This document shows, in pieces, positions 40,664 through 50,558 of a stretch of DNA of 64,000 nucleotides. This DNA comes from Candidatus Cloacimonadales bacterium. Its GTDB lineage: Bacteria > Cloacimonadota > Cloacimonadia > Cloacimonadales > JAFGVF01. The number at the start of each line of letters is the position of its first letter. Within the stretch, counting starts at the first letter, position 1. The notes below the pieces were generated by a model, which was given only the letters and a program-made list of their open reading frames with translations, was not told where the DNA came from and did not search any database. The DNA is taken from contig OY759729.1 in assembly GCA_963662585.1 (NCBI GenBank), positions 800,001 through 864,000 of the forward strand, in the 5' to 3' direction. The translations under genes and the position numbers were made by a program.

Positions 40664-43375
40664 ATGGCTGATAAAAAAATATCTATTGCTGAATTAAGAA
40701 AAATGAGAGCTGCTTCCAACAATTCAGATGCTCCTAAAAGATCTGAAGAGGAGAAAGCAGTCGAGACTGAAAAGAAATCTGTTTTCGTTAATAGAAGTGA
40801 AAAGAAGGAATTAGAAAATATTAATTCTAAGCCTATTTTGGCTAGCAAAGATATCCAAGAAGAGGACCACTTAAGTAAAGATAGTTTGCCAAATGATAAT
40901 TTACAGACTAAAGAGAATGAAGATTACAGCCAGATAGAAGTTGGATCTTATGGGAGCTCTTATGACAAGAAAGAGGATGTCCAAAATCCTAGTCCTGAAA
41001 ATAAGCTTAATCAAGAGAATAACCCTCCTGAGCCTTCCTATGGATATTCCAACTATGCTCAACAAAAGCAGAAAAACATTTTTGAAGATGAAATAAATAT
41101 CCTTGATTATTTAGAAATTGCCTATCGTTATAAATTCATGATTATCTTAATAACTATAGCGCTAATTTTAGCTGCTTATCTCTATTCAATAAATCAAACT
41201 CCTATTTATAAAACATCAACTAAGTTATTAATCAACAATGAGATAATGGAACTTAAGGTAATCAATCAGAAACCGGTACTTAAAGAGCAAATGAAACTTA
41301 GTACATGGATTCAAATTATTAAATCTTCTGATGTTGCTTCTTTAGTTTCCAAGTATTTAGATGGTGCTGTTTCACCTGGTGTTGTAAAGGGTGCTATCGA
41401 CTGTTCTACTGAGCGGGATGAAGAGAGGATTATCAATCTTACTGCCACTCATACTAACCCTAATCTAGCAGCTAGAATAGCAAACAACTATTATCATGCC
41501 TTAAATGATTATGATATGTCTATTAGAAATGACAGTTATGCTCAAACTATAAGATATCTTGAAGAACAATTAAACAAAAATAACAATGATTTAGATTCCC
41601 TGAATGCAGCGATAGAAAAAGTATATCGTAATCACAACTATAAGAATTTCTCCGGAGATATAGAAGAAAATTTCAAGCGTTTAAGCAGTTTCAAAGATAT
41701 TTTATCAAACACTGAAGTTGAATTAGAAGCTGAAAATGCCAATATCCGGGCACTTAAATCTAGACTAAAAGAAGAGGATTCTGAATACACTACTGAGACT
41801 ACTTATAGTGAGCCACTAAAGATGAGATTGCTCAACCTTGAAGTAGATTTAGCCAGAGCCTTAACTTCTTACGGTGATAACCACCCTAAAGTAATTGGAA
41901 TTAAGCAAAATATCGCTAATATAACAAACCTTATTGAAGAGGGTGCTGAACAAAACATCCAATTAAAGAGTGTAGGAAATAATCCACTAAAGCAACAAAT
42001 TTTATCTGATTTGATTAAATCTGAAACTAAGGTGATATCACTATCTCAAAGGAAGTTAGCTTTAGCAAAAATCATCAAAAGTATGGAGTTAGACCCTGAA
42101 ATAGCTTCTCTCCTAAGTGATTTACATAGACAAAAAGATGCTCTGAATTCTATTATTATTAATCTCCAATCTCAACTTAGTGAAATGAGATTAAGCTCTA
42201 GCATTGATGCTTATAGAATAGTTCAATTAGAACAAGCTGTAGTTCCTTCAAAACCTTCAAATAATAAGATGAAACTTAATCTTTTGATAGGTACAATCTT
42301 AGGACTTGGCTTAGGTTTCGGTCTAGCCATGCTTCTCAATATGTTTGATAATAAGATCAGAAATGTTAAAGAGTTAGTAAAAAGCTATCCTAATATCCCA
42401 ATTGTAGGAACAGTACCTAAATTGAATTTCAGTCCTATGGAACTTGATATTCTTACCCAGAAAGATGCTAAAGAGAATAACCATCTTAAGGAAAATGTTT
42501 TAGCTATCTTTAATGAGATTGCCCTTAACTTTAAATATCTTATAATGAATAAAGAGCATAATCTAATCGGAATTATCAGCTCGATAAAGGGAGAAGGTAA
42601 GTCTACTATTTCTAACTACTTAGCAATAGCTTTAGCGAGAAATAATACTAAAGTTTTACTTGTAGATGCTGATTTCTATAATCCACGAGTTTCTCGATAT
42701 TATGACTTTAATAGACTTCCCGGTTTCTCAGAAGTAGTTACTGAGCAGGTTAATCTTGAGGATGCTATTATCGAAACTCGTTTCGAAAATCTCTTTGTAC
42801 TTCCTTCTGGGAAATTACCTCCAAGTGTTAACAAGTTGTATCATAGCGACAAGTTTCCTGATTATCTTAAAGAGATTAAAAAATTTGCTGATATTGTTAT
42901 CATAGATACTCCAGCTTATATGTATTTCCCAGAAACATCTATTCTTATTAATCATCTAGATTACTCTTTGCTTACCCTAAAGATGAATGTTACAACTCAC
43001 AAAAGCATCAACAGAGTGTTTAAAAAGTTGAGTATCATTAACACTGCTTGTTCTGGTTTTATTGCTAATGGTGTCATTAATGACATTTTTGATTCTGCTT
43101 ATTATGATTATTATTCCTATAGTTATGAATATTATTATTACACTTTAGAAGATGGATCTAAGAAGAAAAAGAAAAGAGCTAAATTAAGAAATAACTATGA
43201 AGAATATGACGAAAGTTCACTTGATTCGAAAAAGTCAAACGGACTTGCTACCGACAATAACAAAGTCAGTATCATCAAGAAAAATAAATTTGAAAAAGTT
43301 ATTGATTCTATTAAAGGTTTCTTAGGACTTTCAGACTACATCGATATTGAAGATGATGACTATGATGAGAGCTAA
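40664..43375 (+). CDS. wzc: Wzc-type polysaccharide co-polymerase / BY tyrosine kinase
   Basis: EINILDY Wzz start, YGDNHPKV, P..PS.., GEGKS, VDAD, IIDTP, Tyr cluster YYDYYSYSYEYYYY. Confidence 0.9.
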   Translation: MADKKISIAELRKMRAASNNSDAPKRSEEEKAVETEKKSVFVNRSEKKELENINSKPILASKDIQEEDHLSKDSLPNDNLQTKENEDYSQIEVGSYGSSYDKKEDVQNPSPENKLNQENNPPEPSYGYSNYAQQKQKNIFEDEINILDYLEIAYRYKFMIILITIALILAAYLYSINQTPIYKTSTKLLINNEIMELKVINQKPVLKEQMKLSTWIQIIKSSDVASLVSKYLDGAVSPGVVKGAIDCSTERDEERIINLTATHTNPNLAARIANNYYHALNDYDMSIRNDSYAQTIRYLEEQLNKNNNDLDSLNAAIEKVYRNHNYKNFSGDIEENFKRLSSFKDILSNTEVELEAENANIRALKSRLKEEDSEYTTETTYSEPLKMRLLNLEVDLARALTSYGDNHPKVIGIKQNIANITNLIEEGAEQNIQLKSVGNNPLKQQILSDLIKSETKVISLSQRKLALAKIIKSMELDPEIASLLSDLHRQKDALNSIIINLQSQLSEMRLSSSIDAYRIVQLEQAVVPSKPSNNKMKLNLLIGTILGLGLGFGLAMLLNMFDNKIRNVKELVKSYPNIPIVGTVPKLNFSPMELDILTQKDAKENNHLKENVLAIFNEIALNFKYLIMNKEHNLIGIISSIKGEGKSTISNYLAIALARNNTKVLLVDADFYNPRVSRYYDFNRLPGFSEVVTEQVNLEDAIIETRFENLFVLPSGKLPPSVNKLYHSDKFPDYLKEIKKFADIVIIDTPAYMYFPETSILINHLDYSLLTLKMNVTTHKSINRVFKKLSIINTACSGFIANGVINDIFDSAYYDYYSYSYEYYYYTLEDGSKKKKKRAKLRNNYEEYDESSLDSKKSNGLATDNNKVSIIKKNKFEKVIDSIKGFLGLSDYIDIEDDDYDES

Positions 43376-44468
43376 TAAATACTCTAGAGAGACTGTATCA
43401 CCCAGTAAAATTGCCTCTTACATAATATCTTTGATTATGTTAATTATTATTATCATCCTCATACTCTTATCTTTAAGAGGATGTTCTCGTGAGAATGATA
43501 CCATTTATGCCGGTGTCGGCGGTAGTGTCATCGACCCAGGTGTATATCCTATTTCCCTCAAAACTACTCTCTATGAGTTAATTATGAAGGCTAAGGGTGT
43601 TAAGAAGAATGCCGACCTCACTAACCTAGACCTTGATATGGAAATTACTCCCTGGGAGGTTTACTGTATCCCCTCTAAAAAAGCCGTAAAAGATGCTCCT
43701 CTTCCACAAGAGCCTGTTATCCAAGTTGATATACCAGAGATGCCTAAACTCAAAGATATTCCTCAAATTAATATAATTTACGCAGGACTTCCTCGTACTT
43801 ATATTCTTATTACTATTTACCCAGAACAAGATTTGCTTTTAGCAGGACACATTCCATGGTTCACTGCTATACCTGACCCTATTTCAGGAACAAAAACTCT
43901 TTACGAAACCTATCTCTATGGTGGAACAAGTGGTTTAGTTAGTGCTATTCAAACAATTACTAATAAGAAGATAGATTTCTACTTCTGCCAAGATAGACCA
44001 GCTTGGATTAAATTCATTGATCATTTAGGTGGAATAAAAGTAGATATACCTGAGAGCTTTGCTAAGCAATATCATGTAAATTCCGGAACTCATATAATTG
44101 ATGGTTATACCTCCTGGCTCTACATCACTTTCATTTCTAAAGATATGCGTAAAATAGATATAAATACCGGTTCTCATAATAGAATCCAACGCCAGAAAGC
44201 TTTTATGTTAGAATTATTTAAGAAATTCACAAGTCAAGACTTCTTCACTTCTACAAATGTGGGCCGACAAATTCTTAGTGAAGCTGAAAGTAATATAACA
44301 GTTCAAAAAGCTATTCCGATCGCTATGAAAGTTAAAAATATGAAGAATAGAAAAATTGAGTATTTTACTTTCCCAGGCATTTATAAAACTATTAACGGCA
44401 AAGTTTATTGGGAAACTAAACTACAAGAATACCAACAAAAACTCTTAGAATTTAGAGAGTATAAATAG
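43362..44468 (+). CDS. Membrane-anchored SLBB + LytR-CpsA-Psr (LCP) domain protein
   Basis: TM helix; VGGSVIDPGVY SLBB; FIDHLGGIKVD, RIQRQ, ESNIT LCP motifs; start uncertain (43347-43365). Confidence 0.75.
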   Translation: MMRANKYSRETVSPSKIASYIISLIMLIIIIILILLSLRGCSRENDTIYAGVGGSVIDPGVYPISLKTTLYELIMKAKGVKKNADLTNLDLDMEITPWEVYCIPSKKAVKDAPLPQEPVIQVDIPEMPKLKDIPQINIIYAGLPRTYILITIYPEQDLLLAGHIPWFTAIPDPISGTKTLYETYLYGGTSGLVSAIQTITNKKIDFYFCQDRPAWIKFIDHLGGIKVDIPESFAKQYHVNSGTHIIDGYTSWLYITFISKDMRKIDINTGSHNRIQRQKAFMLELFKKFTSQDFFTSTNVGRQILSEAESNITVQKAIPIAMKVKNMKNRKIEYFTFPGIYKTINGKVYWETKLQEYQQKLLEFREYK

Positions 44469-44561
44469 AGTTTTTCACCAAGAAGGAATATCTAATTGAC
44501 TAGATTTTAGCTATTAGATATATTGGCTTTATTAACATTATTATGGAGATACTTACCTATT

Positions 44562-45305
44562 ATGAAAGCTTTAAAAATAAATTTGTTGCTTTTGATTCTG
44601 CTGTTCAGCACTAATATTTTTGCCCAAATCGATGATTATGAAGGAATTCCAATCATTACTAAGGAAGACATTTCGAGAGGATTAATATCTTCAGATTTAG
44701 AGCCTTTAGATACACTTGCTGTTATTGCCACAGAACAATATGTGATGAAGAAGGGTGATATTATCTCGATTGTAGTTATGGAACACCCTGAATTCACTAA
44801 AAGCTCAATAAGAGTTCTCCCTGATGGCGGTATTGAATATCCCCTATTAGGGAATATTAAAGCTGAAGGAATGACTGTTTCTACCCTGAGAAAACTGATC
44901 GAAAAGAGACTACTCCCCTATGTCACTATTCCTGTCGTTACAATTTATGTAGAGAAAATCTATGGGCATAAAATTAGTATAATAGGCTTCGTTACTAGTC
45001 CAGGAGAATATCAAATTTACGAACCTCTTAAACTTACTGATGCCCTGGCTTTAGCTCGGGGTATTAAGAATATTCGCGATGTTAAAGAGCTTCGCTTGAT
45101 TAGAAAGAATGGAGAAATATTCGATGTGGAGATTAGAGATCTATGGTTCTCTAACACCATTGAAGCATCAGATGACCAACTTATGATTTTTGAGGGTGAT
45201 ACATTGGTAGTTCCTCCTCCTCGTGAGTTTCCTTGGCATATCTATACAGCAATCTTAGCTACCATCTCTTTAGCAATAAATGTTTATTCTGTGACTTCTA
45301 AATAA
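44562..45305 (+). CDS. wza: Wza/OPX-family polysaccharide export protein
   Basis: Y...GD.ISI.V, V.PDG.I.YPLLG.I.AEG.T, G.V.SPG.Y, ALALARG, GD.LVVP; likely start 44562. Confidence 0.88.
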   Translation: MKALKINLLLLILLFSTNIFAQIDDYEGIPIITKEDISRGLISSDLEPLDTLAVIATEQYVMKKGDIISIVVMEHPEFTKSSIRVLPDGGIEYPLLGNIKAEGMTVSTLRKLIEKRLLPYVTIPVVTIYVEKIYGHKISIIGFVTSPGEYQIYEPLKLTDALALARGIKNIRDVKELRLIRKNGEIFDVEIRDLWFSNTIEASDDQLMIFEGDTLVVPPPREFPWHIYTAILATISLAINVYSVTSK

Positions 45306-45314
45306 GCACTTAGT

Positions 45315-48080
45315 ATGAGAAAGTTATTAATAGCTCTTATTATTAGCTATTGTTCTTTTCTATTTAGCAGTTCAGAGCTTTTTTATATTCCAAGATGGGA
45401 ATACATTGATGTAGATGGAACAAGAATCATCTATGATAAAACTTACCAGAAAAGAGCTAGGTTGGTTGCTTCCTTTTTACAGTATATCATTGAAAATCAA
45501 CCAGAGATGCGACCTCTCTTAAAGAGTGAGCAAATTGTAATTGATGCTAATTTTATCTCTGATAACTTAAATTTTGATTTCTATAATTTTGTTGAAAATA
45601 GCTTTAGAAAGCAACATAGAACAAAACTAGACTATGACCCTATTACTCTTAATAACCTGCAACAATTAACAGATATTCCTATATCTTTAAATTTTAATGA
45701 CTTCAAAAAAGATATCTTACAATATACCTATAACCTCACGAGCGGAAGAACTTTGCAGGGAACTAAGAAAATTCTCTACCCTGATTGGTTTCAAGACCCT
45801 ACTGAAACAAATCAAAAGTCTGATTTATTAGTTGCCTTTGAAAGAAGAATCCAGCTAGATTCTTATGATAATTATCGAGATTTTGCCCTCAATAATAAGA
45901 ACTTCTCAGTAAACCAACTTCTAAATAGCTCTTATCTAAGAAAACAGCCCAAAAAGTTATATCTAGGTATTTTAGCCCAAGACTATTTTATGTTAGAGTT
46001 TGGCTTAAAAAAATGGGAGAAAATAGTTAAGGATGTAGAATATTTTGATAATATTTTCTTCCCTTATTCCAGTGCCTTTAAAAAACATACAGGTTTAACT
46101 TTAAGTCAATTTTACAAAAACACCCATAAGTTCTATCGTAGAAAGTTCAACTCTGATATCTCATCACTCCCCCCTGATGTAAGCAAAGCTTTTTTCAAAG
46201 AAGATATTATTACTAAGAATAAGTCCTTTTCTCATCCTCACTTTCTGCATAATGATGACTTAGTTGCTATCTATTCCAGTTATGAAGAGGCTCCTGCGAT
46301 AGTTAGAATTAATCAAGCTAAAGAGATTAGCAAAATTACTGACCTTGGTTTTTCTTCTTCTGAAAAAATATCTGTAAATGAACCTTATGTGCTTTGGAGT
46401 CAAAACTTTGCTTATCCAAATTTCTATAATTTTAGTAATTCACGCATAGCAGTATATAACCTCAAGAATAGTCAGACCTCCTATATCGGAAGTAATAGTT
46501 TCTATCTTGAACCTGCTCTCTCACCTAAACAAGACATAATAAGTGTTGTCTCCTTTAACCCAGATTTTGAGCAGAATATCCTTTTCTTAGAATTTCCTTC
46601 AGGTAAAGTAATCAAAAGCCTCTCAAATTCAAATTGTTATAGTTATCAAGATCTTACTTGGCTTAATAACAATCAATTACTCTATATTGTTGAGAATTTC
46701 TTAGGGCAAACAGCTATCTATAAATATAATCTCACTACCAATAGCGAAGAGAAATTAACCCCTTACTCTCTCGATCCTATCAAAGATCTAACAGTAGCCG
46801 ATAATAAAATTTTCTTCTCCTATCCGGTAAATAATGTTTATAATATCTGTTCCTTAGCATTAAAAGATACTCTGCCTTATCAGACCTTCTATGCTGAAGT
46901 GAGTGCCAGCCAAGCTTCAATTAAAGATGGAAGAATGGTTTTCTCTTCTAATAGATATTGGGGTGATCAATTGCGAACTCTTACATTAGATCAAGATTTT
47001 TGGACTCCTATTCTCTGGAACGATTATAAAGATCTAACAAGAGAATGTTCAACAATTCTTAAACTAGATAACTATACAAATCTTCCAAGTAATAATCTTA
47101 GTCCCTTCTACAATTTGATTAATTTCAAAAGAATACGCTTCAGTTACGACCAGAGAGAAGCCTTTATCTACACAATCTCTCAAAATCCCATGAGAACTTT
47201 CACTTTCCATGCTAAGACCCTATTCGACTTCTCAAATCAAGGAATTAAAACTACTGTTTCTAATGTTATATCAAAACATTATCCTAATATTTTATCAGAA
47301 ATATCTCACTCTAATTCCAATTTTTCTGCAGATAAATTTGAAGAGGTTACTTACGGATCTAGTGTTAAACTTCCCTACTATTTTGGAGCAGGATCTTACT
47401 CTGGTTATGTTAACTTAAATGCTGGTATTTACCATTTAGACAGATATAAATCTAGAAAAGTACTTAATTTTACAAAACAAGCTGACTTCTATATTAATTA
47501 CCTGAAAAGTGAACTAAGTTTTAATCTATCAAAAATTAAAGCTAAAAATCAATTTTACTCTCCTTTTGGGCAAAATTACCTCTTCAGCTATAAGAAGTCT
47601 ATTGATAATAAATTTTCTCAGCAGTATTATCTAATGGCAGACTACTCTTTTTCAGGGCTGAGGAAAAGTGACTCTATTCTCTGGGAAAACTCTTTTCTCG
47701 CTGAGAAAAACAGTAACAAATATCTATTCCCTAACTTAATAAGTAGTGTCTATGGCTATACAAAATACCCTCCATCAGACAGAATCTACAAATCAACTCT
47801 CAAATATTTCTTGCCTCTTTTTTATCCTGAAAAAGGAATTGATAATGTAATTTTCTTAAAAAGAATCTACACATCTCTCTTTGCAAGTAGTGCTAAATCG
47901 ATAATTAATCGCAATAATCATCTTGCTGTCAGGGAACATAATGCCTTGGGGAATGAGTTAATTTTTGATTATAACCTCATGGATAGTATTGAATTTAAGG
48001 TAGGTTTGCGCTACTCTTATGCCTTTAATAAGAGTTTTAAACATCAATTTGATATCTTTATTCCTTTTAGTAAGTTCTAA
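45315..48080 (+). CDS. Secreted/outer-membrane protein: TolB-like propeller plus probable C-terminal beta-barrel
   Basis: Signal peptide; SHPHF and EPALSP propeller-like repeats; amphipathic strands and terminal Phe. Confidence 0.55.
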   Translation: MRKLLIALIISYCSFLFSSSELFYIPRWEYIDVDGTRIIYDKTYQKRARLVASFLQYIIENQPEMRPLLKSEQIVIDANFISDNLNFDFYNFVENSFRKQHRTKLDYDPITLNNLQQLTDIPISLNFNDFKKDILQYTYNLTSGRTLQGTKKILYPDWFQDPTETNQKSDLLVAFERRIQLDSYDNYRDFALNNKNFSVNQLLNSSYLRKQPKKLYLGILAQDYFMLEFGLKKWEKIVKDVEYFDNIFFPYSSAFKKHTGLTLSQFYKNTHKFYRRKFNSDISSLPPDVSKAFFKEDIITKNKSFSHPHFLHNDDLVAIYSSYEEAPAIVRINQAKEISKITDLGFSSSEKISVNEPYVLWSQNFAYPNFYNFSNSRIAVYNLKNSQTSYIGSNSFYLEPALSPKQDIISVVSFNPDFEQNILFLEFPSGKVIKSLSNSNCYSYQDLTWLNNNQLLYIVENFLGQTAIYKYNLTTNSEEKLTPYSLDPIKDLTVADNKIFFSYPVNNVYNICSLALKDTLPYQTFYAEVSASQASIKDGRMVFSSNRYWGDQLRTLTLDQDFWTPILWNDYKDLTRECSTILKLDNYTNLPSNNLSPFYNLINFKRIRFSYDQREAFIYTISQNPMRTFTFHAKTLFDFSNQGIKTTVSNVISKHYPNILSEISHSNSNFSADKFEEVTYGSSVKLPYYFGAGSYSGYVNLNAGIYHLDRYKSRKVLNFTKQADFYINYLKSELSFNLSKIKAKNQFYSPFGQNYLFSYKKSIDNKFSQQYYLMADYSFSGLRKSDSILWENSFLAEKNSNKYLFPNLISSVYGYTKYPPSDRIYKSTLKYFLPLFYPEKGIDNVIFLKRIYTSLFASSAKSIINRNNHLAVREHNALGNELIFDYNLMDSIEFKVGLRYSYAFNKSFKHQFDIFIPFSKF

Positions 48081-48413
48081 TCTTAATCGACACTATCTTT
48101 GTCTAATGCTCGAGTTGCCTTCACTTTATCTTGCCTTTCACTTATCCGCCCTTACTTCTTCTCACTCATCATAAATACTATTCGAAAGTTCTTTGAGCTC
48201 AGTTAGAAAGAGCAAGGGATGACCATCTAGGGATAATCCCGAATGGTGTAGTAGAGCTTTGCAGAAGAGTGCAGATTCTTTTAGATAAAGGTTTTACAGA
48301 ATTTATCAGCCTATAATATATATACTCTGAGAAATTATGTAAAATGCTTTAGCAAATGAATATAGTGCTATTCTAAAAGATTTACTGCATTATTTGGGAT
48401 AATAGAGAAAGCA

Positions 48414-48440
48414 TAAAAAAACCCTTGCAAGCAAGGGTTT
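48414..48440 (-). terminator. Rho-independent terminator of typA
   Basis: aaacccttgc-aa-gcaagggttt hairpin followed by T-tract on the minus strand. Confidence 0.8.
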
Positions 48441-48469
48441 AAGTATTTATATTCTAGCTTAAAGATTTA

Positions 48470-50290
48470 TTAAGCCATATCATTTTTCTTGTTATCAAAT
48501 CTTTTTCTATCTAAGTGATTTAAGATTTTCTTTCTCATTCTAATTGAATCAGGTGTAACTTCTAAAAGTTCATCATCTCCAATATATTCAAGAGCTTGTT
48601 CTAAACTAAACATCCTTGGTGGGATAAGTTTTAAAGCATCATCACTACCAGAAGCACGCACATTAGTTAGTTTTTTTCCTTTTATGACATTGATTACTAA
48701 ATCCATATCTTTAGCATGCTGTCCGACAACCATACCAGCATAAACAGGTGTATTTGGATTAATAAAAAGAACACCGCGTGGTTGGAAATTGTTTAAAGAA
48801 TAGCCTAAAGCAACCCCAGATTCCATAGCAATTAAAGAACCATGATTAGAGTGATTGATTTCTCCTTTATGTGGCTCATATTCTAAGAAAGAATGATTAA
48901 TGATACCTGTTCCACGAGTTAAAGTCATAAACTCATTTCTAAAGCCAATCAAACCACGAGCAGGAACTGAAAATTCACAACGAGCATAACCATCAACAGC
49001 AGAATTCATATTAATCAATTCTCCTCTTCTCTTACCCATCATTTCAATTACAGTACCAACAAATTCTTCTCCAACATCAACAATTGCTAATTCAATAGGT
49101 TCATGGATTTTTCCATCTATCTCTTTAAAAATAACTTTTGGTTTAGATACTTGTAATTCATAACCTTCTCTTCTCATATTTTCAATAAGAATAGAAAGTT
49201 GAAGTTCTCCTCTACCTTTAACAATAAAAGTATCTGCTGAAGCTGTTCTTTCAACTACTAAAGAAACATTAGTTTGAAGCTCTTTTTGTAGTCTTTCCCA
49301 GATCTTTTTGGAAGTAACCCACTTTCCTGATTTACCAACAAATGGAGAATCATTAACCATGAATTCCATACCAATAGTTGGTTCGTCAATATCAATAGAA
49401 GGTAAAGCTTCCAGATTATCCTTATCTGAGATTGTCTCACCCACATCTATATAATCTGATCCAGCAACACATACTATATCTCCAGCAAAAGCAGAGAATA
49501 CAGATTTCTTTTTAAGCCCATCGAATGTAAATAATTTACTTACTTTAAATGAAATTACTTTTTCATCTCTCTTAATTAATGCAACTTCTTGACCAACTGA
49601 AATCTCACCATTATGGATTTTACCTGTACCAAGCTTGCCAAGATACTTGTCATATTCAATAGCAGAAGTAAGCATTTGAAGAGGTTTGTTCTTATCTCCC
49701 TTGGTATCATCAACATACTCTAAGATAGTATCAAGGAGTGGGAAAATATTATCTGATTCATCTTCAAGATTTATTTTGGCATAACCATCACGAGCAGAAG
49801 CATAAACAACTGGAAAATCTAATTGTTCATCTGATGCATTAAGTTCCATAAATAACTCGAATATGGAATCAAGTACATCATGTGGTTTAGAATTTGGTCT
49901 ATCTATTTTATTAATAACAACAATTGGTTTTAAACCTAATTCTAAAGACTTTTTTAATACATATTTGGTTTGAGGCATTGTTCCTTCATAAGCATCTACT
50001 AGCAAAAGCACGGAATCAACCATCTTCATAATTCTCTGAACTTCTCCACCGAAATCAGCATGACCCGGTGTATCTACAATATTAATCTTATAATCTTTAT
50101 AGTAAAGAGAAGCATTTTTTGAAAATATTGTGATACCTCTCTCCTTTTCTATATCGTTAGAATCCATCACCCTTTCTTCAATTCTCTCATTTGCCCGAAA
50201 TGTTCCTGCTTGCTGAAGTGCAGCATCCACTAATGTAGTTTTTCCGTGGTCAACATGAGCAATTATGGCGATATTCTTAATTTTCTGCAT
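48470..50290 (-). CDS. typA: Translational GTPase TypA/BipA
   Basis: AHVDHGKTTLVD, DTPGHADFGGEV, NKID, GRGELQL, EVTP.SIR.RK. Confidence 0.97.
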   Translation of the reverse strand: MQKIKNIAIIAHVDHGKTTLVDAALQQAGTFRANERIEERVMDSNDIEKERGITIFSKNASLYYKDYKINIVDTPGHADFGGEVQRIMKMVDSVLLLVDAYEGTMPQTKYVLKKSLELGLKPIVVINKIDRPNSKPHDVLDSIFELFMELNASDEQLDFPVVYASARDGYAKINLEDESDNIFPLLDTILEYVDDTKGDKNKPLQMLTSAIEYDKYLGKLGTGKIHNGEISVGQEVALIKRDEKVISFKVSKLFTFDGLKKKSVFSAFAGDIVCVAGSDYIDVGETISDKDNLEALPSIDIDEPTIGMEFMVNDSPFVGKSGKWVTSKKIWERLQKELQTNVSLVVERTASADTFIVKGRGELQLSILIENMRREGYELQVSKPKVIFKEIDGKIHEPIELAIVDVGEEFVGTVIEMMGKRRGELINMNSAVDGYARCEFSVPARGLIGFRNEFMTLTRGTGIINHSFLEYEPHKGEINHSNHGSLIAMESGVALGYSLNNFQPRGVLFINPNTPVYAGMVVGQHAKDMDLVINVIKGKKLTNVRASGSDDALKLIPPRMFSLEQALEYIGDDELLEVTPDSIRMRKKILNHLDRKRFDNKKNDMA

Positions 50291-50558
50291 TCTTTTTCCT
50301 TTTTTAATAATATATTTACAAGGGACTCCTATTTTTAAGTGGCAATTTAGTCAAGATAAAGCGAAATTATTTTTGAATTGATAAAAAAAGGGAGAACTTT
50401 TGATAGTCCTCCTTAAAATGTAAATCACTTCTATGGGTTAAAACTAATAATGAAGCAGAACTTTGATAATATATAATATATACTATTTACAGATAAATCT
50501 GCAAATTAGTTAGCTATAATAATCTGCTCCATCATCTAAGTTTATTGCATCTAATGGG

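Noticed and set aside
48190..48260. tRNA-like fragment (gagctcagttagaaagagc)
   Set aside because: No T-arm GTTC motif or acceptor stem can be formed
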